Shown: positions 24,259-38,600, counted from the first letter of the stretch. The stretch: 64,000 bases of DNA from Haliotis cracherodii (GCF_022045235.1 NW_027266330.1:1736001-1800000), one strand, 5' to 3'. A program made the numbers and translations. The notes: generated from the letters alone by a model not told the origin.

Positions 24259-27200
24259 AAACAAAGGACAGCGTCCCCTCTCCTACCCCATACTCGGAAG
24301 GTTCTGACAGTGACCTCCACGGCGCCTGTGTCCCTCTAGGTCCTCCTCAACGTACATCCAGATCTGACAGTGACCTCCACGGCGCCTGTGTACCCCCAGT
24401 TCCTCCTCAACGTACATCCAGATCTGACAGTGACCTCCACGGCGCCTGTGTACCCCCAGTTCCTCCTCAACGTACATCCAGTTCTGACAGTGACCTCCAC
24501 GGCGCCTGTGACCTTCCAGTTCCTCCTCAACGTGCATCCAGTTCTGACAGTGACCTCCACGGCGCCTGTGACCTTCCAGTTCCTCCTCAACGTGCATCCA
24601 GTTCTGACAGTGACCTCCACGGCGCCTGTGACCTTCCAGTTCCTCCTCAACGTGCATCCAGTTCTGACAGTGACCTCCACGGCGCCTGTGTCCCCCCAGT
24701 TCCTCCTCAACGTACATCCAGTTCTGACAGTGACCACCACGGCGCATTTGTCCCACAAGTTTCTCCTCAACGTACAGCCATTTCTGACAGTGACCACCAC
24801 GTCGCCTGTGTTCCACCAGTTCATCCTCAACGTACATCCAGTTCTGACAGTGACCTACACATCGCATGTGTCCCCCCAGTTCCTCCACAACGCACAGCCA
24901 GTTCTGACAGTGTTCTCCACGTCGCCTGTAGAACGGGCAAGTTGCAACAAGTGCAGCACTTGCTGTCTGGTGGCCAAGCGGATGTCAACGCTGAAGGCAA
25001 GGACGGCAGGACGCCGGTGATGCTAGCAGCATGGTATGGCCACAAGAAGGTGTTTGACTTCCTTGTTAGTAACGGCAGCGATGTAACTCAAGTGAGCGAT
25101 GATGATGACAACATTCTGCATTTTGCATGTTTGGGAGGTAATATAGAGATAGTGAAATATATCCTGGAACAAAATTTTATTGACATAAACAGTCGAGGAA
25201 AGTTCGGGAGAACCCCAGTTATGAAAGCAGCATGGGGAGGTCATGTGACCGTGTTTGACCTTCTGGAAAGGATAGGAGCTGACCTGTCCCTAGTGAGCGA
25301 GCACGGAGACACCATTTTACACTTAGCATGTAACAGAGATAATGTGGCTATGGTGAAGCACATCCTGTCCAAGCACATCGTCGGCGTTAACTGCCGGGGT
25401 AAGAACGGGAGGACACCTGTGATGATTGCAGCGATGTTTGGACACAGGGGCGTGTTAAATGTACTTGTTGATAATGGTGGTGATGTGTCACTCGTGGATT
25501 CTAATGGTGAAAACTTGCTCCATGTGGCGTGTCGGGGAGGAAGTAGCAGCATGGTGCTGCATTGTCTCTCTAAACGTGTCGCTCGCATCAACAGTAAGAC
25601 AAGACACGGACAGACGCCAGTGATGTTAGCAGCCGAGGGGGGACATGGAGGAGTGTTTGATTTGCTTGTCGGTAAAGGAGCTGACCTGGCACTAAAGGAT
25701 GGTCACAACAACAACATACTACACCTGGCATGTAGTGGGGGTAGTGTGAAGATTGTACAGCGTGTCATGTCAGAAAACATTGCTGGAGTCACAAGTATAG
25801 GAAGCAATGATCGAACTCCTCTGATGTTTGCAGCAGAAAGGGGTCATACAAAAGTAATTGATCTACTTAGGGCGCAGGGATGTGATTTATCCGTAACGGA
25901 TGTGGACAATAACAACCTCCTCCATATAGCCTGTCTTGGTGGACAAATAGAGATGGTTCTATATGTCCTAAGATTGGACCTGTTTGACATTAACAGTAGA
26001 GGGAAGACTAGACAGACGCCACTGATGTTTGCAGCTTTAAGGGGAAATAGAAACGTGTTTGATGTCCTCGTAAGTAAAGGCGGTGACCCATCCCTGGTGG
26101 ATGATGACGGTAACAACATTCTCCACGTCGCCTCCTTAGGGGAAGATGTAGAGATGGTGAAGTATGTCCTCTCGCTAAACATCGTTGACATCAACAGTCG
26201 AGGGAAGTACGGGAGGACGGCGGTGATGCTTGCAGCGGAGTCTGGACATCGGGATGTGTTTTACTTCCTTGTGTGTAAAGGCAGTGACGTGTTGTGTGTT
26301 GATGACAATGGTGACAGCATCCTCCACGTGGCCTGTATTGGAGGACATGTGCAGATGGTGGAATGTATCGTCTCACTGAACATTGTGGACATCAACAGCG
26401 GGGGGCAGTACGGAGGAACGCCGGTCATGTCAGCAGCTGAGGGGGGACACCGAGACGTGATGGACTTGCTCATCAGTAGAGGTGGAGACGTGTCTCTGGT
26501 GGATGACTACAACAACAACATCCTCCACGTTGTCTGTATTGGGGGCAACTCAGACATAGTCAAGTATGTCCTCTCAAAGCATGTTGTGGACATTAACAGC
26601 AGAGGCGAGTACGGGAGAACACCTGTCATGATCGCAGCACGCTGGGGACATAAAGGCGTGTTTGATCTCCTGGTCAGCAGAGGTGCAGATGTGTCACTTG
26701 TAAATAACCACGGGGACAACATCCTCCACGTGGCTTGCTATGGGGGTCACTTGGACATGGTGAAGCACATTCTTTATAAATATCATGTAAATCTCAACAT
26801 CACAAATCAGTACGGAAGGACAGCAGTGATGATTGCATCACGAATGGGCTATGTAGGTGTGGTAGACCTGCTTGTAAGAAGAGGAGCAGATGTGTCTCTG
26901 GTGAATCACAATGGTGATAACCTGTTACACGTTGCCTGCAGCGGGGGGCACCTGGAGATGGTGGAGTATGTGGTTCTGCGCGACATGGTCGACATAAACG
27001 GCGTGGAACATGTTGGGATGACACCGCTGATGTTAGCAGCAAAGAGTGGACACATTCAGGTGTTTGACTTCCTTGTGAGCGAAGAATGTGACGTGTCTGT
27101 TTTGAATGTGAATGGGGACAACATCCTCCACGTGGCGTGCAGTGGGGGAGATGAGAACATGGTGAAACACATACTCCAGCTGGGCCTTGTGGACGTGACT

Positions 27201-27284
27201 GCCAGGAACCATTTCGGGTCAACAGCAGCAATGGTAGCCAGGGAACAGGGCCACCAGGGGCTCTCGGACAACATGCCAAGTTGA
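24259..27284 (+). CDS. ANK1: long ankyrin-repeat protein (24 repeats) with N-terminal 20-aa Pro-rich repeats; main/terminal exon
   Basis: Open frame 24168..27284 with a phase-1 acceptor tttattgttccAG at 24258. Alternating GRTPVMxAAxxGH and DNILHVACxGG ankyrin units. Resembles ANKRD28/44/52-like annotations but no orthology is claimed. Confidence 0.9.
24301..24929 (+). repeat. Coding 60-bp tandem repeat (10 full copies plus a partial) in ANK1
   Basis: Units start at 24301, 24361 ... 24901 and encode SDSDLHGACVPPVPPQRTSS. Confidence 0.97.
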
Positions 27285-28152
27285 TGATGGCCAGTACTGC
27301 TGACCACTTTGTCAGGATTGTGGTCAAACATCCAACTGAATGGAGAAACTAGTAGGGTCCTTTGACGAGAAAAACAACATATTTTGTGTCCATATATTTA
27401 TGATATTATTTACAATTTTCATCCTTTTTTTGTCTGATTCTATGCTTGTACGCTTGTATTGTAAACACTTTCATGTAATCAGTAAACCATAGCCACATAA
27501 TCACATCGGTGTGTTTGTGTGAATCGCCCACCTTGCTGAAGGTATTAAAGAAAGTAACAATAAAGCTGTTGTTGAGAGTGTGAGTATAACACATGTATTT
27601 GTATCATAGGCATAGACAGACCAAGAGTCATAAACGGGGGATCATCTGTTATGTAAATACAAAAGCAGAGAGTCAGAGGTCAAGCGATTTTATTCTGTAC
27701 AGTGCATTGCCGCGCCATAGACTGCATGCATGCCTTGAGATGCCAAGACGTGCATGTGCATGTATGTTAACTGTCGGGTTTGCAAGCTTGGATGGCGATG
27801 TGCCATCAAATGTGAAATGAAAAGAAGTGGATGCATTCACCAGCTCTCATGTACATGTCCACGGTTTGCTACCACGGACAAATCATTTAACACATTTTTC
27901 AAACAGTCCAATGTGCGTGATAGGGACTTGGAGGTACTACATAAACGAAATGATCAATGCCATAACCAACAGTATCATCGAGTGAATTCTGTCAGATAAT
28001 GGATCCATTCATAAATACGCTCACAGCTGTGAATCGCCCACGCATATCTTCACGCGGGCACAATATCACCATATTTCTCCTTTGCATAACACCTTCAGCG
28101 GGCGAGCCAACCATTAATGGTTATTTAATACATTCCGATTTAATCATAGACC

Positions 28153-28721
28153 CTAACGTCAGACAAGACCTAACGTCAGACAAGGCGTAACGTCTGACAA
28201 GGCATTACGTCAGACAAGACATAACGTCAGACAAGGTGTAACGTCAGACAAGACATAACGTCAGACAAGGCATAATGTCAGACAAGGCGTAACTTCAGAC
28301 AAGACGTAAGGTCAGTCAAGGCGTAACGTCAGACAAGACGTAATTTCAGACAAGGCGTAACGTCAGACAAGACATAACGTCAGACAAGGCATAATGTCAG
28401 ACAAGAAGTAACGTCAGACAAGGCATAATGTCAGACAAGAAGTAACATCAGACAAGGCGTAACGTCAGACAAGACGTAACGTCAGACAAGGCATAACGTA
28501 AGACAAGACCTAACGTCAGACAAGACGTAAGGTCAGTCAAGGCGTAACGTCAGACAAGACTAATTTCAGACAAGGCGTAACGTCAGACAAGACAAGACGT
28601 AACGTCAGACAAGGCATAACGTCAGACAAGACCTAACGTCAGACAAGGCATAACGTCAGACAAGAACCTAACGTCAGACAAGGCGTAACGTCAGACAAGA
28701 CAAGACGTAACGTCAGACAAG
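28153..28721. repeat. 17-bp minisatellite (taacgtcagacaaggcg-like)
   Basis: Direct reading, period 17. Confidence 0.95.
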
Positions 28722-30390
28722 TCGTGAATTGGACAGAACACACTTGCTGTATGGCCATGCTACGTGACAGGTTTCACGCGAGACGGACCGATTGTAACAT
28801 TGTGTGTGCATTTGTAAGAGATTTGTTATCTGTAATATTTATATTTGCTTTGGCACCCTTGCGCTCAATGACGCACATACCTGGAGCCGACCAACATTCT
28901 GTTCTTATGAGAACCGTCGTGACATCTATGCAACTATTTTTCCGTTACAGTTGGGCAATCCTTGCAATATTTAATACACCTATACATAAACTACCTATGA
29001 TATAATCACGTGGTAAACACATGATCTTGTTCGACACTTGTATGTAAACTAGTATACTTCCCTATAAAATGTCACCAATGTCTTTAATAAAACAGAAATG
29101 TAAAGTGCGATGGTTATCTCACGTATCACGACGTGAAAGAGAGCAGTACAGCTCTCAGATCTCAAGTTCTTGAACAAAGCACGCATGCCTCCAAGAAGGT
29201 GAACATACCGCACATAGCACCAATGCTTCTATCATTCCATTCAGTATAATTTTCATGTAGGAAATAACATACCTGAATTCATAAACTTCGAGAAACGTGA
29301 TGAGATAATATGTAAATATACCATTAGCAGCATATGTATACTAATTTGGCCATGGCTAAAAAACGCGAGACACATGATTTGGTGACGATGTCACTTTGAT
29401 TTATTTGTGATTTTATTCTACATTTAATTTTTTGTGACGGAATTAATTCATCCAGAACTGGCTCCTACGAGAGATATCCTTGGGTGAGATTCTACATTGT
29501 AGATATCGCTGCAATGAAATTGCATCACAATGTTTTGCAGACATTGTGACGTCATTGTTACGTGACGTCATAATCAAATGACATCACTAATGTCTCCGCT
29601 ACTGAAGCTGTTATCAGTACTTTTTTACACTTAAGACACTGCTTATTACTGTCTACAAACTGAACAAGTTGGAAGAATGATGTTGGATGATGAATAAAAT
29701 CTCACTCTCGTGTCTTTCGACATAAAAAATATCAACACTCATTGATATATTTGATATCAATAGACACTCGGGTGAGATTCTCTATATGCTACATGTGTCA
29801 GTCATAGGAATGAGTAATTAAGAGTCAGGCCACTGGTGGACAATCATTGACCAGGTACAAAATGCCCAGGTTGAGTTGACCCGCCATACATCATACTTTC
29901 AGTCACTCCACTAATGCATCACATTCAAGTCGTGCATTCTATTGAATGTATTTGAGTGTTTGGCATCAGATCTACAACAATTGCAACTTTTCTTGACAAA
30001 ACCTGAAGGATCAGTACATGCACGTTAATTAATGCGTATCAACATCGTGGATCCACGCACATACCGGTACGACTGTATATGATTGCACACTACAACACAA
30101 TACAGGCACTTAAAGAATGTAGGACTGTCTGCAATAATACGGCACAGTGTATAGCGACTTGCTGACGGCACAAAACGATTCATTGCCGGTCGACCACGTG
30201 CATTTATGGCCGGCCTAACAATCGCAAGTTATAAGTATAAGTATATTACAAACATATTCTCTGTGTTTGTACGATCACACGCTCCGCGGTCGCTACTGAA
30301 CATGCCGTCAACGCTGCCTGATTATGAATAGCAGGTGAAACAGACAGGTAAGTATTCTCTGTGATTAATTAAGGTAAATGTCTTCATAGA

Positions 30391-30552
30391 GAGTGAGTAT
30401 GATTGAGTATTGTTTTACCCAGCTTTTAACAATATTCCGGCAATATCACTGCGGGGGACACCAGAAATGAGCTTCACACATTGTACACATGTGAGAAATC
30501 GAACCCGGGTTTTCGGCGTGACGAGCGAACGCTCTAACCACTAGACTACCCC
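30391..30552 (-). mobile_element. tRNA-derived SINE (family 1), full length
   Basis: A-box ggggtagtctagtgg and B-box gggttcgatt on the minus strand, same body as the other copies. Confidence 0.85.
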
Positions 30553-30909
30553 ACTTTATAGAGAAAGACAGATACTTATACAAGACAATGCACGATAATA
30601 AGTGCAGGATCTTTGGGGGTCATCATGACACATCATCATGGTTGTTCCCCAACAAAATAATGTATACATACATAACAATTGTGACATAACAATTACATAA
30701 CTAAATGTACAACTATTTTGATTTTGAGGGCGTTTTTCTGCTGCTAATGTTAGCAATATTTCATCTATACCAAAGCATGGAAACCAATTCAAGGATTTCA
30801 AATGTACAGGAATGGAACCTGTCTTTAATCACTTAGCTATGCCCCAGAGTGTTATACTGTATTGAATGTGTGGTGTTGTAGACTAATCACTAACTATGTA
30901 TCTGGCAGG

Positions 30910-33321
30910 ATGTCGTCCACCAACATCAACACGGATCTATACCATGCCTGCTGCTCGGGGAGGTTGGATGCAGTTATTCGCATCCTACAGGAAGATCGAG
31001 TGGACATCAACACCAGGGGGGCACACGGCTGGACACCGGTGATGGCAGCTGCACATGGGGAGCATGTTAGGGTGTTTAAACTACTCCACATGAAGCAAGC
31101 TGACATGTCACTCTTGGATGAAGATGGTGACACCATTCTGCATGTTGCCTGCTCCGGAAATAGTCTGAAAATAGTGAAGTTGATTCTCTCAGATGGAAAG
31201 ATTGACATCAACATGAGAGGCAAACACGGATGGACGCCGGTGATGGTGGCCGCTCGACATGGGTGTCGACATGTGTATCTTGAACTTATAAACAACATCA
31301 ACTGCGATGTGAGGCATGTTGGGGATGATGGTGATAACCTTCTACACTTGGCTTGTCTTAAAGGCCATTTGTTCATTGTTGAAGATCTGCTTTCACGTAA
31401 AATATTTAACATCAACTGTAGAGGGAAGTTAGGCAGAACCCCAATAATGAAGGCCGCATGGGCTGGTTCTCGACGAATTTTCGATTTGATCATAGAGAAA
31501 GGAGGCAACACGTCGCTGTTAGATGACAAAGGATTGAACATCCTTCACGTGGCTTGTGCTGGAGGGAAGGTGCACATTGTGAAGTACATCCTCTCAAAGC
31601 GCCTGGTGGGAATCAACAGTAGGAGGCAAGATGGGAGAACACCATTGATGGTAGCAGCGGAGTGTGGACACAAAGACGTGTACAACCTACTCTTAAAAGA
31701 AGGAGGAGACAGGTCGATGAGAGACACCGAGGGCAACAACATCCTCCATGTGGCGTGCAGGGGAGGCTACAGGAGCATGGTGCAGCACATCTGTGACAGG
31801 AACTTACCAGGGCGACAGCAGCAACAGATCCACGCCACAGACACAAAGGGGAGGACACCCCTGATGGCGGCAGCAGAAACAGGGCACAAGGAAGCCTTTG
31901 AGATAGTGAGGCGTAAAGGAGGCGACATCACCATCAGAGACAGCTTAGGGAACAAGCTCATTTATGTTGCTTGTCTTGGAGGGGATTTACCAATGATAAT
32001 GCATATCGCCTCACTGGATTTCACGGATGGCCTGAATGATGGCAGGATGTTGATCCTTGCGGCAGAGAGTGGCTGTAAGGATGTTTTCGATTTTCTTTTG
32101 GGTGAAGGATGTGATTTGTCACTGGATAATAAGGAAGAAGATACGGTGTTCCATGCTGCCTGTCGTGGAGGTCATGTGGATATGGTAGAATATGTTCTCT
32201 CCCGGTTCACCTTTGACATCAACAAAAGGGGAAAATACAGAGGGCGAACTGCATTGATGATGGCAGTAGAGAAAGGCAATATGAAAGTGTTTGATCTCCT
32301 TTTGACAAAACAATGTGATGTGTTTGTCGTGGATGAGGATAATGATAATATCCTCCACGTGGCATGCATGGGAGGACACGCAGAGATGGTGAAATATATT
32401 GTCTCTAAAGGGTATTTTGATATCAACTGTAAGGGTAAACATGGACGGACGCCCATGATGTTTGCAGCAGAGTTTGGCAACATTGATGTCTTCTACTTCA
32501 CAGTTTGCAAAGGGGGTGATGTTTCAGAAGTAGACGCTGATGGAATGAACATCCTTCACTTGGCCTGCTTAGGAAACAATGTGAACATGGTGAATGAACT
32601 CCTGACACTAGAACTTGTTGACATTGACACGAAAGACTGCCGGGGGCAGACGCCAGCGATGTTGGCGGCACGTCAGGGCAACAGAAACGTTCTGGAACTT
32701 CTCATTAGGGAACATGCAAATCTCCTACAAGTAGACAACCATGGTGACAATATGCTCCAACTGGCCTGCATTCGAGATAATATGAGCATTGTAAACTATC
32801 TACTCTTAAAACACTTTTTCGACATCAACAGTGCCGGGCGAGACGGAAGGACGCCGGTGATGGTGGCAGCAAACCGGGGATGTAAACCTTTATTTGACTT
32901 ACTTGTGAAAGAAGGGGCCATTTTGACACTTGTGGATGCTTACAATAACAACATCCTGCATCTGGCATCTAGTGGAGGAAATGAGGATATTGTGGAGAGG
33001 GTCCTGATGGATACACTTATTGACATCAACAGCAGAGGCAGGTACGGGAAGACCGCGGCGATGATAGCATCAGAGGGTGGACATATAGACGTATTAGATT
33101 TCCTTCTACAAAAGGGTTGTGATTCGTCTGTGGTTGATGATGACAACAACAACATCCTTCACGTCGCCTGTGCTGGAGGAGATGAAGAATGCAATGTGCA
33201 GATGGTGCAGTACATCCTCCCACTGCCAGGAGTAGACATCAAGGATGTCAACAAGAGTGGTGCTACAGCAGCAGACATCGCACAAACAAAGAAACATGAA
33301 CATATACTGTCGTTGTTTTAA
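30910..33321 (+). CDS. ANK2: cytoplasmic 24-ankyrin-repeat protein (803 aa, single coding exon)
   Basis: ATG immediately after a tctggcAG|G acceptor; probable non-coding upstream exon ending CAG|GTAAGT at 30347. Same alternating ankyrin units as ANK1. Confidence 0.9.
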   Translation: MSSTNINTDLYHACCSGRLDAVIRILQEDRVDINTRGAHGWTPVMAAAHGEHVRVFKLLHMKQADMSLLDEDGDTILHVACSGNSLKIVKLILSDGKIDINMRGKHGWTPVMVAARHGCRHVYLELINNINCDVRHVGDDGDNLLHLACLKGHLFIVEDLLSRKIFNINCRGKLGRTPIMKAAWAGSRRIFDLIIEKGGNTSLLDDKGLNILHVACAGGKVHIVKYILSKRLVGINSRRQDGRTPLMVAAECGHKDVYNLLLKEGGDRSMRDTEGNNILHVACRGGYRSMVQHICDRNLPGRQQQQIHATDTKGRTPLMAAAETGHKEAFEIVRRKGGDITIRDSLGNKLIYVACLGGDLPMIMHIASLDFTDGLNDGRMLILAAESGCKDVFDFLLGEGCDLSLDNKEEDTVFHAACRGGHVDMVEYVLSRFTFDINKRGKYRGRTALMMAVEKGNMKVFDLLLTKQCDVFVVDEDNDNILHVACMGGHAEMVKYIVSKGYFDINCKGKHGRTPMMFAAEFGNIDVFYFTVCKGGDVSEVDADGMNILHLACLGNNVNMVNELLTLELVDIDTKDCRGQTPAMLAARQGNRNVLELLIREHANLLQVDNHGDNMLQLACIRDNMSIVNYLLLKHFFDINSAGRDGRTPVMVAANRGCKPLFDLLVKEGAILTLVDAYNNNILHLASSGGNEDIVERVLMDTLIDINSRGRYGKTAAMIASEGGHIDVLDFLLQKGCDSSVVDDDNNNILHVACAGGDEECNVQMVQYILPLPGVDIKDVNKSGATAADIAQTKKHEHILSLF

Positions 33322-35379
33322 GGGACGGACACGCTGTGCTTGCACAATTATTCCACCTGCTTAACAGTTAATATGGCAGTGGTCGCACAGTCGCATGAGG
33401 TGCTGCTATTTCCCTGTGCCGCGTGGTGTCCCTCAGACTTGTCAGGTTTCGGATTTCAGATTTGCCCTTGGTTTTATAGCAACCTCACCCTGTCGTTTCA
33501 TCGAGGTGGTCAATGTCTCTCGTGTGTTATTTCGGCTTCCACTTACACTGACGCACGCTGATATGACAGAAACTCTGTTCAAAGCGACACTCACTCACTC
33601 ACTCACTTTGGTACATGTATCAGCACTAAGGTGTCCTGTAACACAGATGTAACACAGAAATACTTATAACTAAACTCAACAACTCTCATTTAATTAAAAC
33701 TAGATGTAAAGATGTATCTGTGTTGCTTACATATTCCTTCATGGGGGGGGGGGGGGGGGGGGGGAGAGGGGGAGGCATTATGCTACCTTATGATACACAC
33801 CACACCTTAATATGTCTAAATGTCAATTATATCATATGTCTAAATGTGCTAATTGTAATTTAGTTTATAAATGTGTTTTGTGAAACATGTTAGGTTTATG
33901 TTTGTAGCAATGCCTGATCCGAGAGGTATTGGACATGTGTGACAACGACATCACATCAGCTGGTTATCTCCTGCAAGAAGTGTGCGTTCTGTTCTCTTTA
34001 AGTAAGGCCTATCATCCCCTGTTGATGATGTATTGTCCCGTATAGTGATGATAGTTGATATGTGTGTTACAGTTTGGATCTAAGGTGTCTATACCAAACC
34101 GCGAACCTTCTCGTTGTCGTTTGTCAAATGCACGTATTACTGTTTAGTTGAAATACTGCAATGTCACATTAACGTTGTAAATCACTTGTAAATTCACTTT
34201 CCTGCTTATAAAACTGATATATTTTACTTAGACTTCCTGACATTTGCTGTCTTGTAAATAGTATATATTTCTGGTAAAGCACCTGGTATCATCACTATTT
34301 GATTTTGATTCATACACACGTACAAACAACTGAGCTTGTAGCAGATATGTCTCATGAATATGGACATGAGTTTGTGGCTTTTATTTATTTGTATTGCTAC
34401 TGCATGTAAAGTGAACAATAAATAGGCAAGTACCCAGCCACTCACCAGCATGTTCACTCGTCATTTATCTGTAGCCAACTATACAATCTTACTGCTGACT
34501 ATTGAACATGCAATCTTCAATACAAGGTATTGCCTTTGGCTTGCATGACAAATTACATGTAAAGCGAACAATAACCAGGTATGTACCCGGCCACTCGCCA
34601 ACATGTCCATTCAAAGTGTTGTCGTGTGGAACTGATAAGCATTCATTCCACACAGCAAACACATGCTGCAAAGACGAATGCACACACTACTGATTATCCT
34701 GACATAGTGATTCATATTCAATATTTGATATGTACACAGACTGTTACAAAGGCCCACGTGCAATTCAGGATATTATGACCTAAGCCTTAGCAGACACAAT
34801 AAACCGGGCTCTCTTGTTTCTTTTCATAACAAAGTACAATTCCTGCCCAATCAACAACTACCTATTCACGGATGGGGCATGCAACGGAAAATATAACTCA
34901 TCTGTAAAATCAGTTCCCTCAAAAAAAAAATATGTCAATGAAATTGCTGACTGTGACTCACTGCCTGATTCACTCACTAAGTGTTACTCAAGCATTTCCG
35001 TTTGTAATTTGTATGGTGACTATTCAGCCAGTGCTCGATTAAATTATTCGGTGCGTATTTGAATACTCTTTCAAAATATGAAAGGATACCGTCTGCCTAG
35101 TCCTGACAGAGTTCTAGTCCCTTTGAGTCTCGCTGTTCTGCAAATATGTCACCGTGGAGCCTCGCAGTTGTATATATATGTCACTATACAAATATTTCTT
35201 TCTACTATATTTTGGAAAATATTTTGTATAATTTTAAATAACCGTTTACGGCGGTATACTTTGAGAAGATCCGAGAAGCACAGGCGGGATTCCGTAAAGA
35301 AAGCTGTACGTCTGATGACATATTTACTTTACAATGTCTGGTGCAGAAATATAAGAGATTTTATTGTTAATTTGTATAT

Positions 35380-35600
35380 TTAAAAAAACAACTTTCGATT
35401 CTATTAATTGAAGTATAATTTGGCATTCAATATTGAAGAATGGAATAAATGGAGACTTATTCATAATATTAAGGAATATGTATTCAAATATAAAAGCTGC
35501 AGTGTGAATTTGTAACACATCAATTGGGGAATATTTTGAATCAATATAGTGGTGTCAGACAGGGCCGTGTCTTCATTCTTTTTCTCTTTGCTATACACAT
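35380..35600 (+). mobile_element. LINE reverse-transcriptase relic
   Basis: NGINGDLFIILRNMYSNIKAAV* followed by SGVRQG, typical non-LTR RT motifs. Confidence 0.65.
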
Positions 35601-38600
35601 TACGAAATTTCCTACATTAGTTGTGTATATCTTGGCGTTTATAAGTAAATATGGATCAAACGAAGGCATCTCGCTCGTGGACAAATATATCACAGTTGAG
35701 TCTTGCTGTAATTAATAAATATATCGCTGTGACACTTCGATGTCATTCACATGTTCGTAATGTGTTGATTTATCGTGGGGCGGTAGCACTGTATCGTCTC
35801 GCGGTTATAAGCGACTTCTACAATGACATGTTCTATACGTTGCATTATAACCTTGTGTTCAAGGGCTGAAAGGCGTTAACTGCATTTCCGTTATGTGAGA
35901 TGTTTGCCCTCGAAGATCACAAACGTATCACTCGGGTGTACAAAAGGCTGTGTAGATTTAAGCACTGAGGAAACATATCTGTGTAGCTGACGGGCATATG
36001 AACATGTCCATTACACTCTCGTGTTAACACGTTAGGACAAAAAGGCTTCTCACAGAGCATTCCGAATAACATTGCTTTAAAACATCTTTCGTAACAGGAT
36101 AACGTCTAATTCTTAAAACGAACATTTCGAACATGTTAGACAAGTTGTGGGTGTCCTCGTAGGTGGAAACTGTGCCCTTCTCTCTGGTTTGTTTTGCCTA
36201 CTTCCGTGAAATCAAAGAAAGGAAACGTAAATATCAACTCAGCTCTGATGAGTCCATTTCGTTCAACACTACTATCGTAAACGAGTATAGTTCACAAAGC
36301 ATTTGGTTGAACCGACTGTTGACTTTATATGAAATGCCCAAATCTATGTTGTTAATATGTGTAACATATGTATTACCAGGTGATTTCAAAACTGAAACGC
36401 AGAGACTAGCCTGTAAATCTGTTTGCGCATAACCATAGTGTGGAAATGCCAGTAGTTAGGTGTTACCACATTGGTAACAATGTCTTACTTGGCAAGTACA
36501 AGTTGATATTGTTCTATTCTATGATAGTATATTACCACCTTATATTCAATCATAGTATGGAGAATTTTGATTAAAAGAACCAGAATGTTGAGCTTAATTA
36601 AAACAACAGCTCCACGACCCGTCACCCAACTCCAAACCCAACCACCAACGCACACCCCAACAGACCAATACACGTCCAACCCCTGAGTCTCCAATGGTCG
36701 CCGCCTATTTTTTAGAGCGCACCTGTTGCAATCTTTAGATATCAATGTCCACACTTGTGTATACATCAGTAAAAATAAAATGTGACCAATTTCTTTTAGG
36801 TATACATTTCCTTACATTTTAAGGAATGAAATGGCTATTTAATTAACCTTTTTATAATCGATTGCCATAATTAATATTTCTCGATTCTCCAAAGGAAATA
36901 TGTATATGCTGTAGTATGTCACATCCATAAAGCATCTTATAGGGCGAATAAGACCATAATTGTCAATTACTATGTTCAAACAAATAGCTGATTATTAAGA
37001 GTTTCATAAATTCTATGCCATTTTAGATGATATTAGTAACAGTACTACATACCTGTACCCATTTTGCAGAAGTGCATTATTTTACTGGGTGAAACGATAT
37101 TGAAGAGATACGCAAATTATAAGTCAAGATTGAAACAGTAAACTACTGTATGAACTGAATGCGTTGTGTTCCAATTCACCCGCACCTCAAAGGAAATAAC
37201 AAATATGTACAACGATGTTGATGTTGACATAACTAATATGACATCACTACCGGTAATCTCCCGTCATAACGTAGCGAGTTCACTGATAGCAGTACGCGCA
37301 ATGTTTGGAGTAGGTTTTACCGTGATGCTGGGATCTATACATAAATGAGTCATGTAAGTTAAGTAATCAGAATTCAGCTGAAATCAACAAGTTCTGTTTG
37401 TTTTTACGTGGAAGGGCAGACCAACGCCTTCGCAAGTGTGCGTCAATCATGGCGTCACGTTGAACGATTTCTGTTGACTTTTCCAAATAAGTATCTAATT
37501 ATTAATTCGCCAATTCTTGCAACGATTATCGGCCTATGTATATTCGCAATAATATTAGCTAATGGATCCAACAAATTGACGACTGACTGAATCTCTCGGA
37601 ATAGTAGATTTTGCTCTGTTTACATTTTCAAACAAGACGGCACACTGGTAGGTTTCAGAGCACAGGGTTTGGTTTCACACTTAAAAATGTCGTTGATTTC
37701 AATAGGACCGTTTGTATAAGTGGTTTAGACAATTATCAGTTGATTGTTTATGATATGATGAATTCAGGGATGTGTTGTTGAAATATACCTGATGTGGCAG
37801 GCATCTCGACTTATCCGACACAAATCGTGATTTTGCAAAACTATCATAGTTATTACGTCTCGAAAACGAATATAGGTTACTGGGGTCTTTTCGGAATTAG
37901 CATTGCCGTTTGAACAAAGAGCTGACACCCGATAGTTGTGTAATTGACCTTTTCATGTTATACGTTATTTGAATAAAATGCAAAATGGCAATATTTTCGT
38001 TGTACACTATCTCCCGATGTCTTTTTTGTACAATATGCTTTGCCTAAAATAGTTGTGAATGACATCACATAAAAGATACTTTCGCAATATCCAAACATGT
38101 GACGTGTATTTGTGTGTATGATGAATTTTAAGTTTTAGAAACGTATTATGGACTTAATATCATATTGGTCTGCACCACAGTGTACAGTCACATGAACGGT
38201 CGTTTAAAAACACTATGAACAGTTTAACCTTGAGATTTACACAGATGCAAATGTCAAAATATATAATTCGATACAGGGTTATTTTACATACCTACTTTTC
38301 ATAGATCCTTTATTGAGTGGTGACAGTTGGGATATCAAAAAACAGAAGTTAGGGACGTGAATCGGAATCGCCATATTTACAACTTGTCACATGACAATAG
38401 AGCTTTTCGTACAACGGTGCACAGTCAAATGTTGGACCGACTTGCCTGTCAACACGATGCAATCTGTTGCATGTAACACATTGTATACAACTGGCTATAG
38501 CGTGTGAATGTCCCTCAGTGTGGGGACGGTGTTTCACGGCAGTTGGCAGACTCCAGGACAGGCTTGGGGGACAACAGAAATGTTGTAACAATATGGATAT

